NCBI RefSeq assembly: GCF_036971445.1
Contig: NC_091475.1
Coordinates: 20,646,001 to 20,710,000 of the forward strand
Direction: 5' to 3'
From: Narcine bancroftii
Taxonomy: Eukaryota
DNA length: 64,000 bases
A program made the position numbers and the translations under genes. Every line of letters starts with the position of its first letter. The stretch's first letter is position 1. Below the pieces are notes generated by a model that saw nothing but the letters and a program-made list of their open reading frames with translations, was not told where the DNA came from and ran no database searches. Positions 24,140 through 36,100 of this stretch are shown piece by piece.

Positions 24140-24597
24140 CCACGCTGCTGAAGATCCAGCTGCGCTGGGTGGGTCACGTCTCCAGAATGGAGGACCATCG
24201 CCTTCCCAAGATCGTGTTATATGGCGAGCTCTCCACTGGCCACCGTGACAGAGGTGCACCAAAGAAGAGGTACAAGGACTGCCTAAAGAAATCTCTTGGT
24301 GCCTGCCACATTGACCACCGCCAGTGGGCTGATATCGCCTCCAACTGTGCATCTTGGCGCCTCACAGTTCGGCGGGCAGCAACCTCCTTTGAAGAAGACC
24401 GCAGAGCCCACCTCACTGACAAAAGATAAAGGAGGAAAAACCCAACACCAAACCCCAACCAACCAATTTTCCCCTGCAACCGCTGCAACCGTGTCTGCCT
24501 GTCCCGCATCGGACTAGTCAGCCACAAACGAGCCTGCAGCTGACATGGACATTTACCCCCTCCATAAATCTTCGTCCGCGAGGCCAAGCCAAAGAAG
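24140..24597 (+). mobile_element. RTE-clade (BovB-like) LINE 3' end, young
   Basis: QLRWVGHVSRMEDHRLPKIVLYGEL...KRYKDCLK, C-terminal C2H-type motif FPCNRCNRVCLSRIGLVSH, and tail gccaagccaaagaag. Near-identical short copies lie at 40995-41152(+) and 55020-55133(-). Confidence 0.85.
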
Positions 24598-24679
24598 CTA
24601 CTAGGCCAACATAATGAGCTGTCGATGACATTGCAGCAAAGTAAAGGCCCTTTAGCCCACGATATTGTATATATACAAT

Positions 24680-25385
24680 GTATCGATAACAACCTTGCCC
24701 TCAACATCAGCAAAACCAAGAAGATGATTGTGGACTTCACAATGGACTCAGGGGAACATGGCCCAGTCCTCATCAAGGGCTCAGTGGTGGAGAGGGTCAA
24801 GAACTTCATATTCCTGGGTGTCAACATTTCAGGATCTGTCCTGAAGCCTCCATGTTGATGCAATCATGAAGAAAGCTCACCAGCAGCTATACTTTGTGAG
24901 GTGTCTGAGGAGATTCAGTATGTCACCAAAAACTCTCGAAAACTTCTACAGATGTACTGTGGAGAGCGTTCTGGCTGTTTGCATCACTGCTTGGTATGGA
25001 GGCACCAACACTCAGGACAAGAATAAACTCCAGAAGGTTGTTAATTCGGCCTGCGACATTACCAGGCTCCATTGAGGACATCTACATGAGGCAGTATCTT
25101 AAAAAAGCAGACTCTATCCTCAAAGACTCCCAGCAACCTCTTCATTCTGCTACCATTGGGAAAAGAGACAAGGGGCCTAAAGACAAGCATTCAGCGGCAC
25201 AACAACAGCTCTTCCCTGCCATCAGATTCCTGAATAGTCAATAAACCAAAGACACTGCCTTACTTTTGTGCACTATTTTTTTATATATCGTAATGTTGTA
25301 AGATGGTTATAATACGAATATGATACTGCTGTAAAGCAACGAATTTCATGACTTGTTCATGACAATAAATCCTGATTCTGATTAC
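24680..25385 (+). mobile_element. Rex1/Babar-like LINE 3' fragment
   Basis: NNLALNISKTKKMIVDF...VERVKNFIFLGVNI and KKAHQQLYFVRCLRRF...FYRCTVESVL motifs; ends aataaatcctgattctgatt. Confidence 0.8.
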
Positions 25386-27067
25386 TTTTTCACCAATTAA
25401 AAGAAAAATTTCAAAATACATCTGGTCTATAATGCCCCTTCTCTGAGGATCATTGCCTTGCCATGACTGCAAGACTGGTATATTCTATTGGCCCCAAAAG
25501 AGATGTTGTCTGGGACTTATCCTCCAGGTTGGGTCAGCCTTGACATTTAAGGTTAATAGTGAAATTCTGACAAAAAATCTTTTAGCGGTACTAGAGCCAA
25601 TTGAAACTCGTGCTGCCTAATTAACCTACCAACACTGCATGTTTTGAAGGTGGGAAGAAACTGGAGACCTCAGGGAAAACCCATGGAGGTTACGGGAAGA
25701 ACTTACAAACTCCTTACAGACAACGGCGGTTTTGAACCTTGGTTCCCGGTGCTGTACTGGCGTTGCGCTAAATACTAACTGTAGAGCTTGGAATCATCCA
25801 GGATGTCCCCAACGACATCACTTTGAGGTCAGAAGAAAGCTGCATAGGGCCCTCTCATTGGAGTCTCCATGCTACAGAATCTGGCCACTGAACCTCAAGA
25901 CTGTATGGACGCCAATGGGCACGGGAGTCCTTGTGTTGAATGTGACAAATAGAGCGGCACAGTTAGCACAACCGTATTACAGCACCAGTCATCCAGGTGC
26001 TGTCTGAAAGGAGTTTGTACATTCTGCCCGTGTCTGTGTGGATTTCCTCCGGGTGCTCAGGTTTCCTCCCATCCTCCAGAATGTTCTGGGGGGTTGTAGG
26101 TTGTATTTGTGCAGCACAGGCTTCTGGGCCAGAAGGGCCTATTAATGTCTAAAAATGTTTTTAAAATTTAATTTAAAGATCAATACTGCACAGGATCAGA
26201 TCCTTCAGTTCAGCAAGCATCCTAACCCTCAAATAATCCCACCTCCTTGCACAGGACCCAAATCTGGCTCGAGTGACGTCAAATTAGAAAAGGTGCAAAA
26301 TGGATTAATGAGGATTTATAAGGAGAAGAGATCCATATTTCTCTATTCCCTGCATATTCACAGGTCTATCTAGAATCCTCTTAAATGCTCACAAATGTAC
26401 CGGCTTCCACCGCTACCCCAGGGTCCAGTCACTTTCCAATCTGTGAGTTAAAACTTGCTCCTGTCCTTCCTTGAAAAGCCCCCCTTCCCCTTCATCTTCA
26501 ATGCATGCCCTCTAATGTGACAATTTTTCCCTCAGGGGAAAAAAGATTATGACAAGCTCCAATTCGTACATAGCTCAGAAACAGGTCTTTCAGCCCATTT
26601 CCTTGGTGATGACAAAACTGCTGACCTGAGCTAACCCATTCACCTATACAGCCCATACCCTCAAAACTTTTCCTAACCACATAACCTGTTCAAATATATT
26701 TTAAACTGTATCTCTTAACACTACGTTCTCCCTGCTTATCTTCCTTATCAACAAAATTAATGTTTCTAAGGTGTGGTAGATGTGGCTTTCAATCACAATG
26801 GGCGGGATTGCCACATATGTACTTTACCAGACAAGGATGTTTGTACATTTTGTACAATTGCTGGGCCTTTCAATCATTTGCTCCTTTACGTCCATAGCAA
26901 CCCATGGTGTAAATACACTGTGCTGCCAGAGAGAGGCAAGGTGTTCCAGATTTATCCTATTCACTAAATGACTTGGAGTCATCAGAGTCTTGGAGTTAGA
27001 CAGCATGGAAACAGGCCCTTTAGCCCAACTCATTCATGCCAACCATGTTGTCTTCCTGACCTAACAA

Positions 27068-27665
27068 TGAGAATCTGGAGGGATTTGGCAGGTCAGGCAA
27101 CATCCACGGAGAAAAACGAACAGTCATAGTTTCTGGTCAGGACCCTTATTTGAGACTAGGATGGGAAGGGGGATTATTGAGCACAAAATTAGGGTGGAAA
27201 AAGGGCAGAGGAGGGGCCAAGAGGTCACAGAACACTGGACAAATGGGAGAGTTGGGGAGACACATCGGGAAGGAAACCATTGTGCATGGAGGTTGAGAGA
27301 AAAGTGAGTGGGAGCAGATAAAGGACAGATGGAAGGTGGAATTGGATGGGGGTGGGAGTTACCTGAAATTGAAAATGTCAATGTTCATGCTATTAGGCCA
27401 TCCAGAGGAGGAATGTGAGAGGTTGATAGCTGACATTTGGCCTCACCCAGGCAATGGATGAGGTTGAGGACAGAGAGGTCTGCGTGGGAATGGTGAGGGG
27501 AATTAAAGTGGGTGGCAGCAGGGAATTCCACCTTGAACCCAAGGACAATGCAGGTGATCAGCAAAGGGATCACCCAGTTCATGTTTGGTCTCACTGATGT
27601 AGAGGATGCACCGAATGCAGTAGGTTAGATTGGACAAGGTGCAAGTGAAATTCTTCTTCACCTAG
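27068..27665 (-). mobile_element. Penelope-like element GIY-YIG/3' fragment
   Basis: AATHFNSPHHSHADLSVLNLIHC, homologous to 34154-34567; typical terminal gacctgccaaatccctccag. Confidence 0.7.
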
Positions 27666-28779
27666 ACGATCTGTTGTGGCCTTGATTGGATGCAAGGTGG
27701 AGATGTATTGCACCAACAATCTCTCCAAGAACTACTACCAGATACATTTTTTTTCCTCTCGGTGTCTTTGCCATTATCTTGATTCCAGTGATCCCAATTC
27801 CTCTTCCAGGTGTTCCTATTCAACCGAGCCAGGATCTGTATACAATATGACACTTGGTTAGTGATGTCTTTTTGTATGTCTTTACAAGGCAAAAGAAAAC
27901 AAATTTTGTGCATGTTTATGTTTATGATTCAATATCTTGAATCTTGAATCCAGTTCATGACTATTTACCTTATCTACTGACTTTGTGATTTTTGCAAACC
28001 TCAATGAGGTCCTCCCTCAGCCTTCTGTTCTCCAGAGAGAAGTGTCAAGTCAAGTTTACTGTCATCTGATTGTACAAGTACAACCTGATGAAACAGTGTT
28101 CTCTGGTCCTAGGTGCAAAACACACAGACACACAACCAGGCATAACACACATACAGACAGATACTATGTTCCAGTCTATCAATAAAGGCTGTGAGGTGAG
28201 GTTGGACAAATTTGCGTTGTTTTCTCTGGAACATCGGACAAAAGTTCATAAAGTAATAGGAGGCATTGATAGGGTAGAGGGTCAGAATCTTTCTTCCCTG
28301 GGTAAAAATGTCACCTGCTAGTGGACATGTGCTTAAGGTGGACAGGGGTGGGGGGCGGAGTAGGTGCCAACTGGTGGTAGAAGCAGATTCAGTCATCACA
28401 TTTAAGAGGCCTCTAGATAAACATGAATGTGCAGGGAATAGAGCAATGGGCATCATGTTCAAGCAGCAAAGTTGTAATTTAATTTGAGCATCATGTTCAG
28501 CGCTAACACTTGGGCCAAAGAGCCTCTCCTTTGCTGTCCTGATCCATGTTCTTCTTTGTCCTACCTAGATGCTCCATATAATCCAAGCTCTCTGATCCTG
28601 ATAATATCCTTGTGAATCCTTTCTGCACTCTTCCCACCAAAATGAAATCCTTCCCTAAGCTGGGTGACTAGAACTTCCCCCAATACATCTCACTAACGAC
28701 TAATGCAATGACGGGCCAACTCCTGTTTGAAACTCTGCAAAAAAAAATATTGAAAAGCTGCTTAAATTTATCTACTCAA

Positions 28780-29565
28780 AAGTCAAGAGCAGAAACGATT
28801 GAAATACTTTGCAAGTTAGTCAGTATCTGCGGGGGTTGGAGGATGCTCTCGATCTGGAGCATTATCTCTTTCCATGTTTGATTCCTGATCTGCTGAGAAT
28901 AGAAAGGGAGGAGAGGTTTAGTAGAGCTACTTTCTTTTTGGGGAATGGAGGTGCATAGGGACTAATGAAAATGAGGTGGTCCAGTCCAGGGAACTGGAAG
29001 TCCTCAAAGTGATGGAGGGCATGTAAGATATCCCAGATGTAGATGGGAAGGGACTGAACCAAGGAGGTCAAAATTGTCAGTATTTCCTTCTTTTGTTTCA
29101 GGTTCCCAGCATCAGCGATATTTTGACTTTTAGCTCCAACCTTTTAGCCCTCCACCCTCCTGTTAATATGACACATGGGCTTCATTTTACCTCTCCCAAC
29201 AACTCCTACAAAAACTGATTTTCCGTCTGGGAATTCTCCAGCCAGATGGTATTAACATCGACTTTTCCAGCTTCTGCTAACCTGCTATCCTCTTCCATCT
29301 CCCTCCTCCCCTTCCCAGTTCTCCTCCCTCCCTTCCCCTAGCCATCCTACCTCCCCTTGATCTCTGCTGTCCCCTTCCTCCCTTCTTCACCTATAGCCTT
29401 TGTGACCACCCCTCCCCACTCTTTTGTTTGGATGCCTGCTGACATTTTTCAGTACCTTGATGAAGGGCTCTAGCCCAAAACGTCGGTTATGCATCTTTCT
29501 TTACCTTCGCTACATAAAGGATACTGCTTGACCTGCTGAGTTTCTCCAGTTTGTGTTTTTGCTGT
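28780..29565. mobile_element. Penelope-like fragments immediately upstream of gene B
   Basis: RT-like piece LVQSLPIYIWDILHALHHFEDFQFPG (-); 3' end on + with cagccagatggtattaacatcgac, a pyrimidine tract and ccttgatgaagggctctagcccaaaacgtcgg. Confidence 0.65.
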
Positions 29566-29857
29566 TTTTCTTCATTTTACCTCTGCTTGCCAGACCAGCG
29601 CTAATCTATAAACCTCGGCTGTTCTGGGTTACTTCAGAAACTCACCAAGGAACACATTATTGCAATGACAGAACAGATTGAGATCGATTCGCCATCTCCA
29701 ACCTCCTCCCTCTATCACTCTATCAGTCTTCATGGATGGTGTTTCCCAAATGTCTACAGTAGTTTCAACTATATCTCCTACAGGGGTGTTAACCTCGCCC
29801 GTAAAACCTTTGGTCCCTCCTATGTTTGTTAAGTTTTGACAATTAAGTTCTGTGACT

Positions 29858-29950
29858 AATCTGACATAAATTGTTTGCACAATTTTTCCCCAGGTTTCCC
29901 TTGATTACCTTCATCAGACTGATAACAAGCTACTTTCTTCATAAAAGCAC
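29858..29950 (+). promoter_or_regulatory. Gene B proximal promoter (CATAAAA box, GATA, FOX/C-EBP-like motifs)
   Basis: CATAAAA 29940-29946; TGATAA 29920-29925; TGTTTGC 29872-29878 overlapping TTGCACAA 29875-29882. The same motif order occurs upstream of gene C. Confidence 0.55.
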
Positions 29951-29993
29951 GATCCCTGCTGACGGACACACACACACGCACCCGAGTGACAAG

Positions 29994-30123
29994 ATGAAGA
30001 CTTTAGTACTTCTCAGTATCCTGATCGCAGTTTCCAGTGCCAAAATCGTTGGAAGATGTGAGCTTGTGGATATTATAAAGCACTCCAAGCTAACTAAGTT
30101 CTCTCAATACACTGTCGATGATT
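29994..30123 (+). CDS. Gene B exon 1 (130 nt coding)
   Basis: aagATG start; signal peptide; RCEL motif; donor T|gtaagt at 30124. Confidence 0.94.
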
Positions 30124-33100
30124 GTAAGTGACATCTCTTTTCTACCAAAAAGACTCTAGCATTTGTTTTATGGGTCAGTGTTTTTGGGGTGGGGGGGTGG
30201 GGCGGGGGTGATCTCGGCATCCCTGTGAAGGACTGCATTTATTCCCCATCCCAGTTATCCCTTAGGGAGCTTGTTCTGACAGAGGGAGGGATTTTTTAAA
30301 AATGTACAGCACACTAACAGGCCTATCAAGCCTACGAACCTGCTCCATTCAACTGGCCTACATACCCCCATATGTTTTGAAGGGTGGAGGGAAACCAGAG
30401 TGCCTGGAGGAAACCCATGCAGACACAGGGAAGAATGTACACAATCTTTGCAGACAGCAGTGGCGCTTTGATAGCGTTACACTAACCGCTATGGCAATTT
30501 AGTGCCCATGAAACAATTATACCTTTCCAAACCAGGGTAAGAAATTACCTGGAGGGGACTGCATTAGGAAGTGTTCCTGTCCACCTGAAGCCCTCGCCAG
30601 TCTAAGTGAGTTGGCTGGTCTGGCTCCTGTGATGTTTGGGATCTCAGGAGGAAGCCCATCATGGTTATTAGTTCTTATTCCTAACACTCACACATGTTGT
30701 GCCACATTATCACTGAGGATAAGTGCAATGCTCAATGTGCTGGTTTCAAATTTAATTTTTTTTTATGTTACAATTTAAGTTTTTTAATTTAGACATGCAG
30801 CATCGTACCGGGCTATTCCAGCCAATGAGCTCATGTACCCAATTACACCCAATTAACTTACAACCCCTGTATATTTTTGAAGGGTGGGAGGAAACCTCAA
30901 CACCTAGAGGAAACCTACACAGACACAGGGAGAATGTACAAACTCCTTAGAGACAGCTCTGGCACTGTAGTAGTGTTATGCTATTCACTACGCTAACCAT
31001 GTCATCCAAAACTTCCTCACAGCAAGTTGCCAAATTACACTTTACTGGCCTTTCCTGTAAAAACCACTCAACAACTGAATGATACAACAATATCATAGTA
31101 ATATTTCTACAAAATTTTTTATTTGAAGTAGCCTAAATTATTTCTCAACAAAGTATTTGCATGATCCTGTTTCTTTTTTCTGTTCTTTAGTGTTCAACAA
31201 GTGTTGCTTTTAATTCTAGGGGTATGTCTGGCCTACCACGAAAGTAAATACAACACAATGGAAGTGGGTCGGGACAGAAGGGATGGAAAACTATGGGCAT
31301 CCATGTATGGAATTTTCCAGATCAGTAGCAAATGGTGGTGTGATGATAACCGAACTCCTGACGCTAGAAATGGCTGTGGGATGAAATGTACTGGTAGGTG
31401 AATCAATGCAATCTTAACTTTGTACTTGGTTACCAGTTAAAATAACAAAAGGTATTCATTGCATGTTGTTAATGGAGCTTTTGTCTCAACGGAATCTCAA
31501 AGCCTTTCTGTCATCTACAAAACATAAGTTGGCAGGGTGCTGGAACACTCCCTACTTGCCCATATAAGTGCAGCTTCAACACTCAAACAGTTCAACACCA
31601 ACCATGAAAAACAATCTGTAAACTGGCAACCCATTCACCATCCCAAGAATCCAATCCCCTCTGTTTGTATCCCAGTGTATGAAAAGTCCTGCAGTTAGGA
31701 TTCAAGATTCCTTTATTATCATGTAATAGTACAAAACTTGTACTATCAATCAAAATTGTCTTCTGTCTGCTGTATAGCAGAGAAAAAGTTGCCATTATTA
31801 GGCCTGGCACCCCTTACAGAAAGAGAGGGAGAGAGAAGCAAAAGAGAGTTCCTTCAGAGTCACTGAGTGTCCATAGATTTGCCTTCAGTAGCTGCACAGA
31901 CTCTTGTTCGATCCATCGGCAACCCGAGTTCCAGATAGAAACCTCTGACATGATCAAGAAGCTTTTGGTGCCCGAGGCCCTTTGGAACCTTTATTGACCT
32001 CTGCACCCTTTCAATTCCCAGCTCCAATATTTGGTTCCCAGCCCACAGCCTGTGTGGGTCCCTCAGCCACTGAGCCCCTTGTTGGATTGCTGCTGCGGTC
32101 ACCGTTCTGCAAGGTTGTCTCCTCAGCTTCTTCTACTCCTCGAGGGTGTGTTTCTGATGCCCTGCACTGATTCGATGCTCCCCAGGGTCTGTTGTGATGT
32201 CTCTTTTAAGGAATTAAGTATCTGTATTCCCAGATCTATCCCTTTATGCCCTAGATTTCAGATTTATTGTCAGGGAACATAGATGACATCACATAACACC
32301 CTAAGATTCTTTCTCTGCAGGTGAGGCAGAATTGCCACTTATTGGTAGTGCTAAAAAAAACCGTACATAGCATACACATGTAAACAAATAAAGAACTGTG
32401 AACAGATAATGAATGTAAACAAACTGTGCAATACAAAGAGAAAGAAAAACACTCTAAAGTCCACAGGTAAGGGTCCTTAAATGTTGAGGACTCTGATGGT
32501 GGAGGGGTAACAACTGCTGTTGACACATGGTGGTTCAAGTCTTGTGGCATCTATACCTCTTTCCTGATGGCAGGAACAAGAACAGAGCATATGCTGGTTG
32601 GTGTGGATCCTTGATGATCGCTGCTGTTCTCTGATGGCAGCACTCCCTGTAGATGTTCTTAATAGTGGGGAGGGTTTTGCCTATATTGTTCTGGGCTGTG
32701 TCCACTACCTTTTACAGAGCTTTGCGCTCAAGGGTATTGGTGTCCCCAAACCAGATTGTGATTCAGCCGGTCACCATACTTTCCACCACACACCTGTAGA
32801 AATTGGCCAAGGATTTTGGTGTCATACCAAACCTGTGCAAACTCCTGAGGAAGTCGAGGTGCAAACATGCTTTCTTCATGATGTCATTTGTGTGATGGGT
32901 CCAGGAAAGATCCTCTGATCCTCAGAACTTAAATTTGCTTACCCTCTCCTCCTTTGATCCCCAATTATCGTTGGATTGTATACCTCTGGCTTTACTATTT
33001 ACTCAGGCCCTATTGTTTACTGTGACAGTCTTATCCTGGTTTTTCCTCCCAAAGAGCACACATCACAGTTGTCTGTATTAAAATTCCATCTGCCATTTCT

Positions 33101-36100
33101 CAGCCCATCTTTCAAGCTGGTCCAGATCCCCTCTGCAAGCTTTGAAAGCCTCCTCTCTGCCCACGACACCACCAATCTTTACTTCATCTTGATAATCCAA
33201 TTTACTGCATTATCATCCAGATCATTGATGTAGATGACAAATAATAATGGTTCTCTGAGACACGTCACTAGTCATGGGTCTCCAGTCAGGGTGGCAATCA
33301 TTTGCTATCACTCTCTGGCTTCTCCCGCAAAAGCCAACGTCAAATCCAATTTACCACCTCATCCTGGACACTGAGTGACTGAATCTTCTCGCCATGTGGG
33401 GCCTCATCTAAGTAATGAAAATAATAATGATAGCCTTCAGATGGGCAAAAAAGGCAGATTGATTGAAAGCACTGATTGCCCGTCCTTTTCTGCTCTCAAG
33501 CCTATAACTTTCCAAGGTTGCCCTGATATAATATTGCATTTCTTTTCTCACTGCAGATTTTCTGGGGGATTACTTGGAACCTGACATCGAGTGTGCAGCC
33601 AAAATAGTAAGCAAGGAAGGAATGGAGGCCTGGTGTGTACCTCTTACCTCTATTTATAATTGTTTGTCTTTGCAAGATGCACTGCCGTTGTTCTCATCAT
33701 TAGGACCAATATCGCAGTGAAATGAAACAAACTTGACCGTTCAGTTATGAAGTCATAGCTCAAATTCCAGCAAGGTAGTAGCTGGAGAGATATATTCAAT
33801 AAGTCATTGAAGTTATCAGACCAAGGGATATAGCAAAAGGCTTGTTGCAATAAAGACATATTATGTGATGTTTGTGCAGTGAAGAGTGAATTATTCCTCT
33901 TATTTTGGAGTGCAATATGTTGTAGAGGTGTAGAAAAGGCTAACAGGGCTAAGTAAAAGGGAGAGACATGATGCCTTGATTGTAGTAAAAACACACCGAA
34001 ATGCTGGAGAAACTCAGCTGGTCTTTTCAGCGTCCATACGAGACAAAGGTCTATTGCCGACGTTTCGGGCCTGAGCTCTTCTTCAAGGAATAATCAGAAT
34101 GAGCCAGAAGCAGGAAATCTCAGAGAGGAATCCAGACCAACAAAAGGTGTTCATTAGATATGATAAGGGATGAGGTAAGAGTTTAACATATTTGTGCGAA
34201 AGGAGATGGAAGGGAGAGACAGAGTTAGGGGAAGGCGATGGGGGAAGAAGTTGGTGATGGTGGGGTGGGTGGGGAGTTTAACGAAAGCCAGAGAAGTTGA
34301 TATTAATGCCATCTGGTTGGAGGGTGCCCAGTCGAAAGATGAGGTGTTGTTCCTCCAATTGCGAGTGGTCTCAGACTGACAGTGCATGAGACCATGGACA
34401 GACATGTCAGCAAGGGCTTGGGATGGGAAATTGGAATGGGTGGCCACTGAGAGATCCTCGCAATGGACAGAGTTGATGTGATCAACAAAGCAATGTCCCA
34501 GTCTCTCCAATCTAGAGAAGACCTCAGCTGGGGCACCAGATGCAGTAGATGACCCCTGCAGATTCACAAGTGAAACATTGCTTCACTTGGAAGGACTCTT
34601 TGCAGCTCCGAATAGTGGTGAGGGAGGAGGTGCAGGTGCGGTCACAGGGGAGGGAGGAGTGGATAAGGGAGTCATAGAGGGGGTGGCCCCTGTGGAAGTT
34701 GGAGAAAGGAGGAGAGAGGAATATTTGTCTAGTGTTGGGATCATATAGTAGGTGGTGGAAATGAAAGGCTGATGGGGTGTTAGTTATCATTTAAATTGGA
34801 ATCAGTTCTTGACAGTGAGACCCCAGCTATGGAATCAATATAGGAAATTATGGGAAGTCTCAACAGGTCAGGCACAATCTGAGAGAGAGAAAAATGAGGT
34901 TAATGGTTCGCATCAATGGTCTTTCATCAGATTGGGTAAAGTTGGAAGTAAAACAAGTTGTGCATTTCATTAAAAAGTGGTGAGGATTGAGGAAAATTAA
35001 AAGGAGAGTTTGTGGGAGAACAGTTCAGGAGGAATTGAGTTACACCTGGGGATTTGCACCAGTTCAGGGAGGAAGGCAAGGCCTCATGGACATTGAAAGA
35101 TTGTCAGATAGTGAGAGACAACTGAGATACTGGAGAAGAAGAAGTAGAAGAAAACAACTTGCGTCTGTTTCTATTCCTGTGGATGACCTGCTGAATATGT
35201 CCACCATTTCCTGTTTAGCATTTGCCTTTATTTCAAACTCTCCTGTTTTGATGCGCAGTTCATTGACGTGAGATATTATTACTTTTGCCACTGGTGCTGC
35301 CACCCTTCATCTTCTGATTTTATTCTGAATTTCCACCACCTGGAATATTTTGCTTTTGTCTGCATTCCGGATGCTATTGACGCCACTTAAAGAAGAGACA
35401 ACAAATCTGGTGAAGTGATGTCACAAAAGCGAACAGGAGCATTACATACTTATTGGAAGTTCACCACAGACCCTAGACTCTGGGTATAGTACACTTAGAA
35501 TCAATCAGGGATTTGGAGTGCAGTTGGCATCACCTTATATGTGAATTTTCTGAGGAGATAACTGGGTCATGAAATCACAGCACGTAATATGCACATAATT
35601 CTTCCATATCAGATAAAGCAGTTCACATGCTACAAACAAGCTGCTGGAGAAACTCAGCCGGTCAAGCAGCATTTGTAAGGGATAAAGAATTATGAATGTT
35701 TTGCGTCAGAACCTTTCATCAAGGCTGAGAATGTAGAGACCCCTTTGTTACTCTTGCCTCTCCCTCCCTTTGTCCATCAACTCCCTTTGTCCATCAACTC
35801 CCTTTGTCCATCAACTCCCTTTGTCCATCAACTCCCTTTGTCCATCAACTCCCTTTGTCCATCAACTCCCTTTGTCCATCAACTCCCTTTGTCCATCAAC
35901 TCCCTTTGTCCATCAACTCCCTTTGTCCATCAACTCCCTTTGTCCATCAACTCCCTTTGTCCATCAACTCCCTTTGTCCATCAACTCCCTTTGTCCATCA
36001 ACTCCCTTTGTCCATCAACTCCCTTTGTCCATCAACTCCCTTTGTCCATCAACTCCCTTTGTCCATCAACTGCCTTTGTCCATCAACTGCCTTTGTCCAT

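Noticed and set aside
24174-24863. 229-aa minus-strand ORF
   Set aside because: It is antisense read-through across adjacent RTE and Rex1 LINE fragments.
17500-29800. A fourth lysozyme gene or orphan exons between A and B (also checked 39000-49600 and after 54800)
   Set aside because: By eye I found no RCE, YGIFQI, GM.AW or W...C.G motifs. A TBLASTN with the three proteins would be needed to exclude decayed exons.
29871-29993. N-terminal extension of gene B suggested by ORF 29871-30131
   Set aside because: It starts at a non-ATG codon and spans the promoter. The ATG at 29994 matches gene C's start.
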